In this document: piece after piece, positions 19,835 to 29,417 of the stretch
Position numbering within the stretch: the stretch's first letter is position 1
Layout of the letters: each line of letters opens with the position of its first letter
Source: a virus
Strand: one strand, 5' to 3'
Length of the DNA: 64,000 nucleotides
Virus record (IMG/VR): IMGVR_UViG_3300036770_008700
Span: 1 to 64,000 of that record
Notes under the pieces: model-generated
Databases searched by the model: none
What the model saw: the letters and a program-made list of their open reading frames with translations, nothing else
Told to the model about the DNA's origin: nothing
Position numbers and translations under genes: made by a program

Positions 19835-20116
19835 TTAGCGAACCTTCCAACGAATTTGTGGGTTTGCCAGCACCCACAAACGGAGTTTTTCATAAGATGC
19901 TGTAACTTCCGTTACTTCTGCTTCATAAGCAGCAACAAGGAATTGATTTCTGGAATCTTTCTCGCTCAAAGGCTTTGGAAGCCTAGAATCAATATATTCT
20001 GCTTTATATGCAGGCAATGTTTCAATAATGGATTTATTGTGCCATTTGTAAGTAAATTCAGTGGTTGTCTGACAAATTGTATAAGGACAGCCCGGAATTA
20101 CAAGATTCATGCTCAT
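19835..20116 (-). CDS. early hypothetical protein
   Basis: TTTACT...TAAGGT promoter upstream. Confidence 0.55.
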   Translation of the reverse strand: MSMNLVIPGCPYTICQTTTEFTYKWHNKSIIETLPAYKAEYIDSRLPKPLSEKDSRNQFLVAAYEAEVTEVTASYEKLRLWVLANPQIRWKVR

Positions 20117-20166
20117 GTTCTTGTTCTTACCTTATCAGGGTTTCTGGAGAAAGTAAAGGATTTGTT

Positions 20167-20361
20167 TCAGCGAGACAAACGCTGCTTGAGCATTAGATCG
20201 GCAATCAAACGCTCTGTGTCGCACCAAAGAGTCTCTGTAAACTTTACCTTCTCCAGCGCAGAGCGAACACTGCTAGGAAGAGCATCATAGAAAATCTCTG
20301 AACGCTGTCCATGAACCTTGACATACTCAGAAATAATCTTCTCTTGACGCTTCAACAACAT
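20167..20361 (-). CDS. early hypothetical protein
   Basis: AAGGA RBS; co-oriented with neighbours. Confidence 0.6.
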   Translation of the reverse strand: MLLKRQEKIISEYVKVHGQRSEIFYDALPSSVRSALEKVKFTETLWCDTERLIADLMLKQRLSR

Positions 20362-20400
20362 GACTTTCTACCTCTTTCCTTCTTTGTGTTTTATAGCTTC

Positions 20401-20814
20401 TCAGCTAGCGACGTTACGCCAACAGTTTGGCTTGCTAGCATCCCAGACTGGCCTATTGCCCCATGCAGGAACCGACAAAGCTACACCACCAAACTTCGCA
20501 CGCATCTTCACAAGATAACCATTCGGCATATCAGCATGATATGATGAACCTAGAGCAGTGCAGCCCTTAGCAGAAAGATATACATGCTCACGCTCATAAA
20601 GATGAAACGTGAAAAAATCACGCTCAATCTTGCTAGGCTCACGATCAAACATCATATCGAACGCAACAATAAAACCATTCACATTCTGAAGAGAATAATG
20701 AAGAGGTTGATTAAACCCTTCACCCGAAACCATCCTATTCCAAAGCTTATCAGCATAAGCAGCAATGAACTTTGAAACGTTGGAATCAATCGTGTTCATA
20801 TCGATGGTCTTCAT
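20401..20814 (-). CDS. early hypothetical protein
   Basis: AAGGA RBS; co-oriented with neighbours. Confidence 0.65.
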   Translation of the reverse strand: MKTIDMNTIDSNVSKFIAAYADKLWNRMVSGEGFNQPLHYSLQNVNGFIVAFDMMFDREPSKIERDFFTFHLYEREHVYLSAKGCTALGSSYHADMPNGYLVKMRAKFGGVALSVPAWGNRPVWDASKPNCWRNVAS

Positions 20815-20861
20815 GGCTTTCTTTCCTTCTTTGTGTTGTGTTTGTTCTTACAGCTTCTCAA

Positions 20862-21275
20862 TCACCAAGGACGATCATCCATACCATCGCTGCTAAGACC
20901 ATTCCTCGCAGCAACAGTGCTGCCTGACTGCACCGGAGAAAACTTTACATGGGAGATTACAGGCTTTGCCTTGAAAATTTCACCGGTCTTCATGTTGTAA
21001 TAAATCACCTGATACCCTCTCGTTCCAAAGCTGAAACCGAAACCTGTCAACAAAAGACTCTCCAGCGCCCGACGCTTAACTTCTGCTTCATTGCAGGTAT
21101 AAATGCTGTGGTCTACACCACGAAGAGTGTTCCAACTAGTAAGCTCAAGCCATTCATGATTGGCATTAAACTTCGATGCCTTGTTAAGAGGATTGCTCTT
21201 CAAAAGATTTTCAATCACAGGATGAAGAGTTGTAGTCATGGGAGCCTTCTTGCTGGTCTTGCTCGTCTTCTTCAT
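20862..21275 (-). CDS. early hypothetical protein
   Basis: ATG 21275 directly after promoter cassette copy 3. Confidence 0.65.
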   Translation of the reverse strand: MKKTSKTSKKAPMTTTLHPVIENLLKSNPLNKASKFNANHEWLELTSWNTLRGVDHSIYTCNEAEVKRRALESLLLTGFGFSFGTRGYQVIYYNMKTGEIFKAKPVISHVKFSPVQSGSTVAARNGLSSDGMDDRPW

Positions 21276-21350
21276 GTTCTTAGAATACCACCCAATCATG
21301 ATTTTCTAAAGGATTATTTTCTTTTTTTATTTCACTGGAATTCCAGTGGT
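21276..21350 (-). promoter_or_regulatory. strong early promoter cassette, copy 3
   Basis: TTTAGA-17bp-TATTCT; perfect 16-bp palindrome CACTGGAATTCCAGTG at 21333-21348. Confidence 0.75.
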
Positions 21351-21390
21351 TTTTTGGTCATGCAGCTTGACTAGTCTAGGATTTAATCCC

Positions 21391-21460
21391 TCCCCCTTGC
21401 TACCCCTTGCTACCCCTTGCTACCCCTTACTCCCTCTTGCTCCCCCTTACTACCCCTTGC
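21391..21460. repeat. 7 x 10-bp tandem repeat (consensus TACCCCTTGC)
   Basis: Directly visible; bracketed by CTAGTCTA at 21371 and 21460. Confidence 0.95.
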
Positions 21461-21727
21461 TAGTCTATGTTATTTTGTGGCTAAGTGTTTTTTAGTATGA
21501 TTTTGTTTATTGTGTTATGTGACGATACACTACATCACGTTATGATTTTTTTGATTTTATTTTGGAAGAAGTTTATGGTTGTGACTATTTACCATATTAC
21601 TGGATTACGAGTTTATGAAAACCTAGTGATTTACCTATGTAAATCGTGGTTTTTGAAAACTGGCGTTATTAGCTTACCAGAGGCAATCTGCATCAGCCGT
21701 GTGAATGGCGTTGTTCAGAGGGGCAAT

Positions 21728-21997
21728 TTAGAGGTATAGTTGTTTATTTCTGACGATTGAGAGGAAGTGAGAAGCTATATTTTTTGTGTTATGAGAGTTT
21801 GTTGAGTTATTATTGAGCAGTGCATTTTTCATGATTTCGACTGCTTGTTGGTTTGATGTAGCTTTTATAGCTTGTATGAGTGCATTTGTTAGGTTGTTAG
21901 CTAGTTTAAGTTTATGGGGGTTATTGGGATGTAGCTTCCATTCGGAAGGTGTTTCTGGGATAGCGAGAGAGAATTCGTTTACGGCGATTATTTTCAT
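21728..21997 (-). CDS. hypothetical protein
   Basis: 89-aa ORF with promoter-like TTTAAT...TATAAC upstream. Confidence 0.55.
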   Translation of the reverse strand: MKIIAVNEFSLAIPETPSEWKLHPNNPHKLKLANNLTNALIQAIKATSNQQAVEIMKNALLNNNSTNSHNTKNIASHFLSIVRNKQLYL

Positions 21998-22138
21998 GAT
22001 AGAGTTATACTGGTTTAATAATGTTGGATTAAAGGTTTTGTTTTTTTATGAGATTGATTGTGAAGATTGTTGAGTATAGTACGATTGGGAATGAGAGGAA
22101 TCCGTAGATGAAAGCGATTGAGTGAGATAGTATGTTCA

Positions 22139-22390
22139 TTATTCTAGTTTTGCTTCTTGGAATGCGTTAGTGTTTAGGTAGACGTTTAGTTCCCATTTGA
22201 TCCATCCAACGATTCCTTTTGGTGTTAGGATTTTTGAGCTACTTTGGTCTAGAGAGTGTTGTAGCAGTACGAATGGGATATTTGGACTGAGTTGATCAAC
22301 AATTTTTTGTTCTTGATTCCACACGATTCTTGTTCGTGAGTTCTGAGGTGTAACATACATTTTACCTACTTTGAGTTCGGAGAGGGTCAT
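22139..22390 (-). CDS. GKLY-family paralogue
   Basis: VGKMY...PFVLL...KILTPKGIVGWI. Confidence 0.75.
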   Translation of the reverse strand: MTLSELKVGKMYVTPQNSRTRIVWNQEQKIVDQLSPNIPFVLLQHSLDQSSSKILTPKGIVGWIKWELNVYLNTNAFQEAKLE

Positions 22391-22728
22391 AGTTTGGTTA
22401 AGTGTATATGTGAGTATTGTGGATGGTTTACCACCATGTATTTTACTTCACCTTCTGATGTTAGGATTTTTAGGATATTGTTATTTAGGTGATTTAGTAC
22501 AACGAAGGTATTATTTGGGTACAAGGGTTTGATGGATGTGTTAGTTGTGTATCCATGTGTTTTGAAGTTGATATCTGTTGCTTTATGCATCATGTTTGCG
22601 GCGATATTTGGGTTTGAGAAGTATGTTAGTATTGCTTGAGCTGCCCGTTCTGGTGTTTCGAACAGCAGCCAAACGTTTTCACTGATTGTTTGGTACAATG
22701 CTCCTGAATCAAAGTTTGATGTATTCAT
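22387..22728 (-). CDS. GKLY-family paralogue
   Basis: GALYQ...TFVVL...KILTSEGEVKY. Confidence 0.75.
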   Translation of the reverse strand: MNTSNFDSGALYQTISENVWLLFETPERAAQAILTYFSNPNIAANMMHKATDINFKTHGYTTNTSIKPLYPNNTFVVLNHLNNNILKILTSEGEVKYMVVNHPQYSHIHLTKL

Positions 22729-23018
22729 TGATTTGCGTTTTTAATGAGTTTGAAAGTAGACTTGTCTAAGATAAGCCATCCAACAACTCCATTTGTTGTT
22801 AGCACTTTAACACAAAAAAGTGGTTGTCGTTTTGGGTGGGAAAAGCTTGTTTTATCTTTATCCAGCACGACAAAAGGTTGCAAGGCTTTGATTGTGTCAA
22901 CAGTGTCAACAAATCCATCATACCAACGATTATCTTTTGGATGGAATTGACGCATATCGAGATCGATTTTACAGGCATACAGTTTGCCTATTTGCAGGTT
23001 TTCTTGTGTTGTAATCAC
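22725..23018 (-). CDS. GKLY-family paralogue
   Basis: IGKLY...PFVVL...KVLTTNGVVGWL. Confidence 0.75.
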   Translation of the reverse strand: MITTQENLQIGKLYACKIDLDMRQFHPKDNRWYDGFVDTVDTIKALQPFVVLDKDKTSFSHPKRQPLFCVKVLTTNGVVGWLILDKSTFKLIKNANQ

Positions 23019-23053
23019 ATTCTTAGTTTAACATGGTATAATCGGCACATAAA

Positions 23054-23359
23054 CTAAATCTGTGTTTTGTCATAGGAAAACACATAAGGCAAATCACTAT
23101 CTTCAAGTGATAACCAACCTACTTCACCTGTTGTTGTTAGAATTTTTACACGATGGACATGGAACGTAGTTTTCTTGTATTTCCTATAGGCAAATATTAC
23201 AGTATGAAGCTCTAACGGAACAAAAGCAAGATCTGGTGATAGCAGTTTGTTTGTGCTTAGTGTGGCATCAGGTTGTTTTGGATCAACCATATCATACATT
23301 GCCATGTAATGTGGAATATGATATAAGCCGCCGAGTTTGATATCCGAGATATTTTTCAT
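23054..23359 (-). CDS. GKLY-family paralogue
   Basis: LGGLY...AFVPLE...KILTTTGEVGWL. Confidence 0.75.
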   Translation of the reverse strand: MKNISDIKLGGLYHIPHYMAMYDMVDPKQPDATLSTNKLLSPDLAFVPLELHTVIFAYRKYKKTTFHVHRVKILTTTGEVGWLSLEDSDLPYVFSYDKTQI

Positions 23360-23619
23360 GTTATGATTTCCTCAACGGTTTCACCTTCCCAAAAACGAAG
23401 ATAACCAACCAATCCAGTTTCTGTAAGCACTTTTACAAGAAAGGTTTCATGATACGTATCATGACGAATCACGCTACCAAGTGTTACAAAAGGTGATTGT
23501 TCTTCTATGCGGCCTAATAGATATAGTTTCTCCAAAGTCGGCTTTGTTGCGTCAGCGAGCAACGCTTTAGGAATATCGCAGCAGTATATTTTACCAACTT
23601 TTATTTCTTTGGGGTTCAT
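23356..23619 (-). CDS. GKLY-family paralogue
   Basis: VGKIY...PFVTL...KVLTETGLVGYL; start ATG 23619. Confidence 0.75.
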   Translation of the reverse strand: MNPKEIKVGKIYCCDIPKALLADATKPTLEKLYLLGRIEEQSPFVTLGSVIRHDTYHETFLVKVLTETGLVGYLRFWEGETVEEIIT

Positions 23620-23629
23620 TAATACTCTT

Positions 23630-23902
23630 TCACTCTTTAAGTTCTTTGAACCAATGAGTGCCTGTTGTAAAGTATGCCCAACCAACTTGACCTTTACTTG
23701 TTAGAAGTTTGCAATACCAAGTCATCTTATTTGGATCTTGTTCCTTTTCTAATAGAACCAAACATTCCATAGAAACAAGACTTACTCCTTCTGGAGTAAT
23801 AAGAAGCCATATGTCGGTCATAGCTTCATTCATCATACTAAGCCATATACCTTTATAGAGCTTCCCAACTTCTAAATCTTCTGGAGATAAAGGCAATCTC
23901 AT
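23630..23902 (-). CDS. GKLY-family paralogue
   Basis: VGKLY...LVLLE...KLLTSKGQVGWA. Confidence 0.75.
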   Translation of the reverse strand: MRLPLSPEDLEVGKLYKGIWLSMMNEAMTDIWLLITPEGVSLVSMECLVLLEKEQDPNKMTWYCKLLTSKGQVGWAYFTTGTHWFKELKE

Positions 23903-24201
23903 GGTTGTGTTACTTGTTTGAAGCAGTAAGGATAATCAAATAGATCGTAATGAAGTTCTGAGGTCCAACCAATGTTACCAGATGTTGTAAGAAGTTTCAA
24001 GCAAAACTGACTATCATGGATTAGTTTTACTTCCAAGACAACAAACCAATCATTTGGTAAAAGCAATGAACCGTAGGTTGAATGTAGGTGTGCCCGAGCG
24101 TATATGGAATGAGGTTTTTTGAATAGTTCAATCGTGTTCATGCGTTCTTCAACCGTATCGTATAAGCCACCAACTTTTAGTTCATGAATATACGTATACA
24201 T
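23899..24201 (-). CDS. GKLY-family paralogue
   Basis: VGGLY...FVVLE...KLLTTSGNIGWT. Confidence 0.75.
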   Translation of the reverse strand: MYTYIHELKVGGLYDTVEERMNTIELFKKPHSIYARAHLHSTYGSLLLPNDWFVVLEVKLIHDSQFCLKLLTTSGNIGWTSELHYDLFDYPYCFKQVTQP

Positions 24202-24517
24202 GCTTTACTTCCTCAATGCAACCCTTGGTCCATTCAGCGTCTTCTGGATAAAAAATCCAACCAATCTCTCCATTAGTCGTAAGAATCTTGCAAACCTTAT
24301 CCGTCTGTTCCAACAGCATAAACATGCTGTTTGGTTCAATATGAGAAACATTGCAGTTTAATCGATTGCTCCAATAATCAGTCCATCCTTCGGCGGCGCT
24401 CTCGACGACGGCGTAGGGGTTGGTTATGTCTGCGTGGGCGACGGCAGCAACAATATCCTTCGAAGGATAAAGCATCCAAAAGTATTTCTTGAACTGAAAA
24501 AGCTTTCCAATGTTCAT
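24182..24517 (-). CDS. GKLY-family paralogue with NNC-codon variable loop
   Basis: MNIGKLFQFKKYFWMLYPSKD-[loop]-YWS...KILTTNGEIGWI; close to the 40.9-42.1 kb genes. Confidence 0.85.
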   Translation of the reverse strand: MNIGKLFQFKKYFWMLYPSKDIVAAVAHADITNPYAVVESAAEGWTDYWSNRLNCNVSHIEPNSMFMLLEQTDKVCKILTTNGEIGWIFYPEDAEWTKGCIEEVKHVYVYS

Positions 24518-24574
24518 ACATCCAGTATATCACACCATAAACCGTTTATAAAGACTTAGATTATGAGGTAGAAG

Positions 24575-24790
24575 TTACTTCCTGCGTCGTCCAAGAACCG
24601 TGCCAATCTCACCATCGGGAACAAACTTGTTGTCCTTGTGGTAAATAAACTGCCGTGCGGTAATGTTTCCTTCTTCTTCCTCCTCACGGCACTCCATCCA
24701 ATCCCAATATGACTGCTCGCCTTGTCCACAAAGCCAAGAAGCAAAGTGACGGGCTGCGGCTTCATTCTCAAATTTGATCGTGATGTTCAT
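24575..24790 (-). CDS. hypothetical protein
   Basis: FASWLCGQGEQSYWDWM; own promoter. Confidence 0.65.
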   Translation of the reverse strand: MNITIKFENEAAARHFASWLCGQGEQSYWDWMECREEEEEGNITARQFIYHKDNKFVPDGEIGTVLGRRRK

Positions 24791-24836
24791 GTTCTTGTTA
24801 TATCACAAGGTTCTGGGGAAGTAAAGTATTTGTTTT

Positions 24837-25178
24837 TCACATTGTCAGAGAACGCTTCCAAGACTCCATGAAAGAGATAATGTTCTTTGCACCAACAGGA
24901 TTGGCACTATGAACAACATAACTTGGAATAACCATATATTCTGGATTATATTGATTGGCATACCACTTAAGAAACTCCATTGTGGTATCTTTCCCACCAA
25001 GATCATGATCAAACGAACAAAATGCTGGATCACCACAAGTTTCAATAATGTCTTTGGCATCATTGGTTGAGCGAGCAATCAGAATATGCATTCCATCCGG
25101 CCATAAAGATCGGTCAACCATCTCAATGGTTCGTTCGTCATCCAAAAAGAGAATATATTTTCCGTTAAAATCCATCAT
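24837..25178 (-). CDS. cyclic-phosphate-processing receiver-like domain protein
   Basis: LFLDDER, SFDHDLG, HSANPVG motifs. Confidence 0.75.
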   Translation of the reverse strand: MMDFNGKYILFLDDERTIEMVDRSLWPDGMHILIARSTNDAKDIIETCGDPAFCSFDHDLGGKDTTMEFLKWYANQYNPEYMVIPSYVVHSANPVGAKNIISFMESWKRSLTM

Positions 25179-25236
25179 GGATTAATAATAACAGTAGGTT
25201 CTGGAGAACTAAAGGAATATTCGCTGTTGCAAAGGA

Positions 25237-25821
25237 TCAAACTTCATATTTGATTGTGCGAACAATTTCTTCCAGATTCTTTTGACGATGCATTAGAGCG
25301 AAATAGAAAACAAGAGTGTTATACGCATCTACATCAGCACGATGAGGCTCGCCTTTGAAAGTAAGCTTGTATCGTCCCATACAAGAACGTAGACCACCCT
25401 TAACACTGTTTTCCTTTGCCATTTGCAGAAATGTGTAAATGGTTTTCACATCAATGGCACGGTGACCAAAGTAAGGAAACTCCACATTGTTTTCTTTGAA
25501 CTCTGCTTTTAGCTCGTCTGCGTCTCCGAATCCCCATTGAACAGGATTTACAAACGTGTTGTGTTGTACGATAAGTTCACCAAGTTCTGCAGCAACTTGT
25601 GATAGAGGAACAGCTTTGGTATCGATATCTTCTTGTGTGATGCCTGTGAGTTCTGTGATGAAAGGTGTTAGTGGCTCTTTGGGATTAACGTACCACTTAT
25701 ACGTTTGAATGTTGTTGATATTTGATCCAATGGCAACACCAACTTGAATGATTTTGGTGACGTTTCCTTCGCCGTTGCTGTTGAGTTCCAGATCAATTGC
25801 TAGATAGTTTTGCGTATTCAT
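25237..25821 (-). CDS. DEDDh 3'-5' exonuclease
   Basis: IDLE, ELTGI, WGFGD, HRADVDA motifs. Confidence 0.9.
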   Translation of the reverse strand: MNTQNYLAIDLELNSNGEGNVTKIIQVGVAIGSNINNIQTYKWYVNPKEPLTPFITELTGITQEDIDTKAVPLSQVAAELGELIVQHNTFVNPVQWGFGDADELKAEFKENNVEFPYFGHRAIDVKTIYTFLQMAKENSVKGGLRSCMGRYKLTFKGEPHRADVDAYNTLVFYFALMHRQKNLEEIVRTIKYEV

Positions 25822-25941
25822 GCTTTTATCATATCACACATTAATCAGTATCTAAACGTTTTCGTAATATTCAAGCTCGAAAGGCAACCATCCAATCCCA
25901 ATAGTTTTGTTCGCCATGGCAGCAAAGCCACGAAATAGAAG

Positions 25942-26244
25942 TCATGACATGTCTTCAAAAAGCTCGCAGGAGTGCGTATAATCGGTTTCTTTCAACCAAT
26001 CAACGAACCATTCACAGATATCATCTCCATCCTTTGCTGAGGCTCCTACGCTCAGGAATGAGGCTTCATATTGCTCACTCCTCCAATGCCAGAAGTTATA
26101 ACATTCCGCAATGCTAAGAGTTACTCCAAATCCATCTTGAATAGCCTTTTGAATGATCTTGCAATAATCGTAAGCGTAATCAACGTTACCATGTCCAGAA
26201 CAACAAAGAAAGTGTAAGTCAATATACTTTTGGTTGATATTCAT
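25942..26244 (-). CDS. hypothetical protein
   Basis: 100-aa ORF in the operon. Confidence 0.6.
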   Translation of the reverse strand: MNINQKYIDLHFLCCSGHGNVDYAYDYCKIIQKAIQDGFGVTLSIAECYNFWHWRSEQYEASFLSVGASAKDGDDICEWFVDWLKETDYTHSCELFEDMS

Positions 26245-26461
26245 TTTTCAAATCCTTTAGATGTTTAGCGTATTGAACATATCCAACCAATCCAGTTGGT
26301 GTTAGTACCTTTAACCAAGTAACACAATGAGTTTCGTTTACTTCCAACATAACAAAAGGTGTGTGTTCTTCAGCAATAGAAAAATCTGAAATAGGAGTAA
26401 TCTGATTGTAAATCCTTACAGGATAAGGATACGCATACAGGCTGCCAAGCTTTAAATTCAT
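26219..26461 (-). CDS. GKLY-family paralogue
   Basis: LGSLY...TPFVMLE...KVLTPTGLVGYV; start ATG 26461. Confidence 0.75.
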   Translation of the reverse strand: MNLKLGSLYAYPYPVRIYNQITPISDFSIAEEHTPFVMLEVNETHCVTWLKVLTPTGLVGYVQYAKHLKDLKNEYQPKVY

Positions 26462-26715
26462 CTGGCCTCTTTTAAATGTTTTCGAGCACAAAGAACATAA
26501 CTCGTGTCTCCATCTGGAGTTAGAATCTTTAGCCAAAGATGCCAGGGTTTTTCTTTTGATGGACGAGGTTCTGATGACTCAGATATTTCTAATGCAACAA
26601 AAGGAGTATGAGCTTTTAGAAGCTTTTTGATGTTGAAGTCTATTGCTGGTGACCTTCTCAAGTTGCAACTAAAAGGATATTGGTATAACTTGCCAACTTT
26701 TACATCATGATCCAT
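26458..26715 (-). CDS. GKLY-family paralogue
   Basis: VGKLY...TPFVALE...KILTPDG. Confidence 0.75.
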   Translation of the reverse strand: MDHDVKVGKLYQYPFSCNLRRSPAIDFNIKKLLKAHTPFVALEISESSEPRPSKEKPWHLWLKILTPDGDTSYVLCARKHLKEAR

Positions 26716-26950
26716 ACTCGGTTACCTTTTTTAGAAAAGATGGAGCATGACTAACATGCCCAATTTCACCTTTTGCAGTTAACACTTTTAAATATTTAAT
26801 ACTGGACCAGATGGGTGTTGTAAGCTCCAACACAACAAATGGTGTTGCTTTTGGTATGGTAGGTAATAGTGTTGGCTTTCTATCAGCGGGCCAGAGAGTT
26901 ACATCCATAGTAGGATAACAATAAAAACTTCCAAACTTGATATCGCTCAT
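26705..26950 (-). CDS. GKLY-family paralogue
   Basis: FGSFY...TPFVVLE...KVLTAKGEIGHV; start ATG 26950. Confidence 0.75.
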   Translation of the reverse strand: MSDIKFGSFYCYPTMDVTLWPADRKPTLLPTIPKATPFVVLELTTPIWSSIKYLKVLTAKGEIGHVSHAPSFLKKVTEYGS

Positions 26951-27261
26951 GGCACAACAACCTTTTGTGTGCAAGGTGTTTTATCTTCAATTGGATTCGG
27001 TCCTCTTAAATCGCTCCAATAACAAAAATGATCGTTGTTTGAAATGGTAAAACATTCTTGACCATCAGAAAAACTAATATCACCATTCATATGAAGAGTT
27101 CGTTGCCAGCATCCAAAAGGTTTCGTGGCAAGAAACTTTTCAAACTGATCGGCAACCGTTCTATGGTTCTGTGCTGTGAGAACAAGAGCTAGATCACCGT
27201 CCCCACCTTCACAAAGTACAGATTCGTAGATAAACTCAAAAAGCTTTGTATTGTCTTGCAT
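26947..27261 (-). CDS. hypothetical protein
   Basis: 104-aa ORF; promoter-like TATAAC upstream. Confidence 0.6.
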   Translation of the reverse strand: MQDNTKLFEFIYESVLCEGGDGDLALVLTAQNHRTVADQFEKFLATKPFGCWQRTLHMNGDISFSDGQECFTISNNDHFCYWSDLRGPNPIEDKTPCTQKVVVP

Positions 27262-27292
27262 GGTTATAAGTTACCAACTTATAAACAAAAAG

Positions 27293-27490
27293 TCAAGCTT
27301 TATCTGCTCTCCAGCCGGGACCATCTGGATAATCCCAATCAATAAACATTGGACCGATTCCACATTCATCACAAGTTTGACGATTCACATAATCTCCAGC
27401 CTCAACCTCTGAACGGTGAACCTCAAACCCATTTCCGCATTGGCTACATTGAATCCAACCAAGATCTTTTGTGCTTTCAGATATCCCCAT
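27293..27490 (-). CDS. small Zn-ribbon protein
   Basis: CSQC...CDEC. Confidence 0.6.
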   Translation of the reverse strand: MGISESTKDLGWIQCSQCGNGFEVHRSEVEAGDYVNRQTCDECGIGPMFIDWDYPDGPGWRADKA

Positions 27491-27641
27491 TTGGTTCCTC
27501 GTATTCCTTCAAGCCCCACTCTCGGCGTCTGTAACAATCTTGACAAAACATGTCGTTACAAAGATCACAACACCAAATCCATCTGCAACCTTTTCCGGTA
27601 TCATCACAAGGCTCTTCCATCTTGGTTTCTGTGTCCGTCAT
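27477..27641 (-). CDS. small Cys-rich protein (not in ORF track)
   Basis: MTDTETKMEEPCDDTGKGCRWIWCCDLCNDMFCQDCY...; GAGG RBS. Confidence 0.45.
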   Translation of the reverse strand: MTDTETKMEEPCDDTGKGCRWIWCCDLCNDMFCQDCYRRREWGLKEYEEPNGDI

Positions 27642-27748
27642 TTATTGTTATTCCTCAACTACATCAAACTCATCATAACAACAATCTTCATTCATCTCAA
27701 CTTCATGAATCTGCTTTAGTAAAAAGAAGCCTCTCTTAAGCCTGCTAA

Positions 27749-28054
27749 TTACACCACTGCTTTGACAATCTTTTCAAAGTCATCATGCAGGTATAGATAC
27801 CCAACAATTCCTTTTTTTGTGATAACCTTTGGATACGAAGATCCACGGCCAACATCATTTATCTCCAACAACACAAATATGTCATTTTCAAAACTAACAT
27901 AGTCTACTGCATAAGGAACCCAATGCTCATTTAACATTGATTGCTCTGGTCTATCAGAGAAAACAGTACGTGGCGCTTGATAGGAAATTTTATCAGACAA
28001 ACTGATTCCTCTAACGAGTTGACACAAATCACCAATGTTAGCTTTACAATCCAT
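27749..28054 (-). CDS. GKLY-family paralogue
   Basis: IGDLC...IFVLLE...KVITKKGIVGYL. Confidence 0.7.
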   Translation of the reverse strand: MDCKANIGDLCQLVRGISLSDKISYQAPRTVFSDRPEQSMLNEHWVPYAVDYVSFENDIFVLLEINDVGRGSSYPKVITKKGIVGYLYLHDDFEKIVKAVV

Positions 28055-28066
28055 GTGTCATTGCTT

Positions 28067-28258
28067 TCAGTAAGCTATGTGGTCGTCGTGTTTGTATTCT
28101 CTTACAGCTTGAATCAATAGCTTAATCAATGATTCGTTGTAATGAGCGTAGATGTCATAATAAAGAATCCAACATGGTCCTTCACTAATAACTCCAGCTT
28201 CTTCCCTAGACAAATGAAACCAGCGATTGTTAAACAGTGTAAGATTAGGTTTGTTCAT
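28067..28258 (-). CDS. hypothetical protein
   Basis: AGGAG RBS. Confidence 0.6.
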   Translation of the reverse strand: MNKPNLTLFNNRWFHLSREEAGVISEGPCWILYYDIYAHYNESLIKLLIQAVREYKHDDHIAY

Positions 28259-28300
28259 TTTTGTTTCTCCTTGTTCAAGTTGTTGTAAGTAAGTAAAGTT

Positions 28301-28489
28301 TTAGGGCATTTGAATAGGTTCGGGTGACAAAGTACGAAGTCTTGTTGCATCCTGTAAACCCTTTGCGTATCCAGCATCTGCTCCAAATGCATAACCAATG
28401 CAACCAGCAAAGATTAACATAACAAGAACAATCAATGCAGTAGACTTGTTAACAGTTTCTGGAATGTTAGTTTTCATCTTGTTACTCAA
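28301..28489 (-). CDS. small membrane protein
   Basis: Hydrophobic ALIVLVMLIFAGCIGYAFG segment. Confidence 0.6.
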   Translation of the reverse strand: MSNKMKTNIPETVNKSTALIVLVMLIFAGCIGYAFGADAGYAKGLQDATRLRTLSPEPIQMP

Positions 28490-28778
28490 TATCTTGCGGG
28501 TTAATAACTTCTTGCCACTCTGTCAAACACACACTTAGTATACCAATCTCTCCATCTGGAAGTAAAGCTTTTATCTTGCGCCAATCCTTGTCAGGACCAA
28601 AAACAGTAATATCGTATACCTCTAACACAACAATATGCAAGTCAAAGGTATACGTTTTTGCTCGGCTGGTATCATGTATACGTATTGGAAATGTTTCCGG
28701 CCAGTTAAGCTTTTTAGCCTGCGTCGCAAGCAGCTTTCTGGCTTTCTTGGTAAAACAATAAATCCTACCAACCTTCAT
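28482..28778 (-). CDS. GKLY-family paralogue
   Basis: VGRIY...IVVLEV...KALLPDGEIGIL. Confidence 0.7.
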   Translation of the reverse strand: MKVGRIYCFTKKARKLLATQAKKLNWPETFPIRIHDTSRAKTYTFDLHIVVLEVYDITVFGPDKDWRKIKALLPDGEIGILSVCLTEWQEVINPQDIE

Positions 28779-28779
28779 T

Positions 28780-29106
28780 TCAAACTTGGATGCTCTCAAC
28801 TTGCTCCCATTCCTGTGTGCTTAAATAAATCGTGCCAATACTGGAATCTTCCAATAAAGCTATGACCCTACAGGAATTCTTTCCACTAAGCAAACTTCCA
28901 TTATGATGTGCTTTGTGCACTTCCAACACAACAATCCTTGAATCTAATGGAAAGTACTTGTAATCAACAACATCAATTTTGTAATACCTGTCATACCTGT
29001 CGAAAGAGATGTAGTGCACAAGATAACCTTTTTCGCCTGCTAGCCGATTATTTTGGATAGTTTTTTTTGCAGCGGCTGTTAAACCATACATCTTTCCAAC
29101 CATCAT
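28780..29106 (-). CDS. GKLY-family paralogue
   Basis: VGKMY...IVVLEV...ALLEDSSIGTI. Confidence 0.7.
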   Translation of the reverse strand: MMVGKMYGLTAAAKKTIQNNRLAGEKGYLVHYISFDRYDRYYKIDVVDYKYFPLDSRIVVLEVHKAHHNGSLLSGKNSCRVIALLEDSSIGTIYLSTQEWEQVESIQV

Positions 29107-29417
29107 AGCTTACTCAACCTAACAACATTATCATAAGACCAAGGAGCGTGGTATGCATACCTAATCCAACCAATACCTCCAGAACTTAAAACCTTTACAA
29201 CTCTTTCTTCAACATCCAAAGGAACAAATAAATCGTCTGGCAAAAGAATTGAAATATTCGTGCCATAATAGTTTTTCAACTGTTTTGCTATGTGATTTGC
29301 ACTTTCTAAGTCATCATGATATGTGCCTGCCTTAGTACCATTGGCACATGCTAGCTTTTTGTCCTCATAACACAACCAATAATGAGTTTTAAATTTGTAA
29401 AGTTTTCCTACTTGCAT
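29103..29417 (-). CDS. GKLY-family paralogue
   Basis: VGKLYKFKTHYW...FVPLD...KVLSSGGIGWI. Confidence 0.75.
   Translation of the reverse strand: MQVGKLYKFKTHYWLCYEDKKLACANGTKAGTYHDDLESANHIAKQLKNYYGTNISILLPDDLFVPLDVEERVVKVLSSGGIGWIRYAYHAPWSYDNVVRLSKL

Noticed and set aside
21391-21460. CRISPR array
   Set aside because: Units are 10 bp and contiguous, with no unique spacers; no cas genes in the window.
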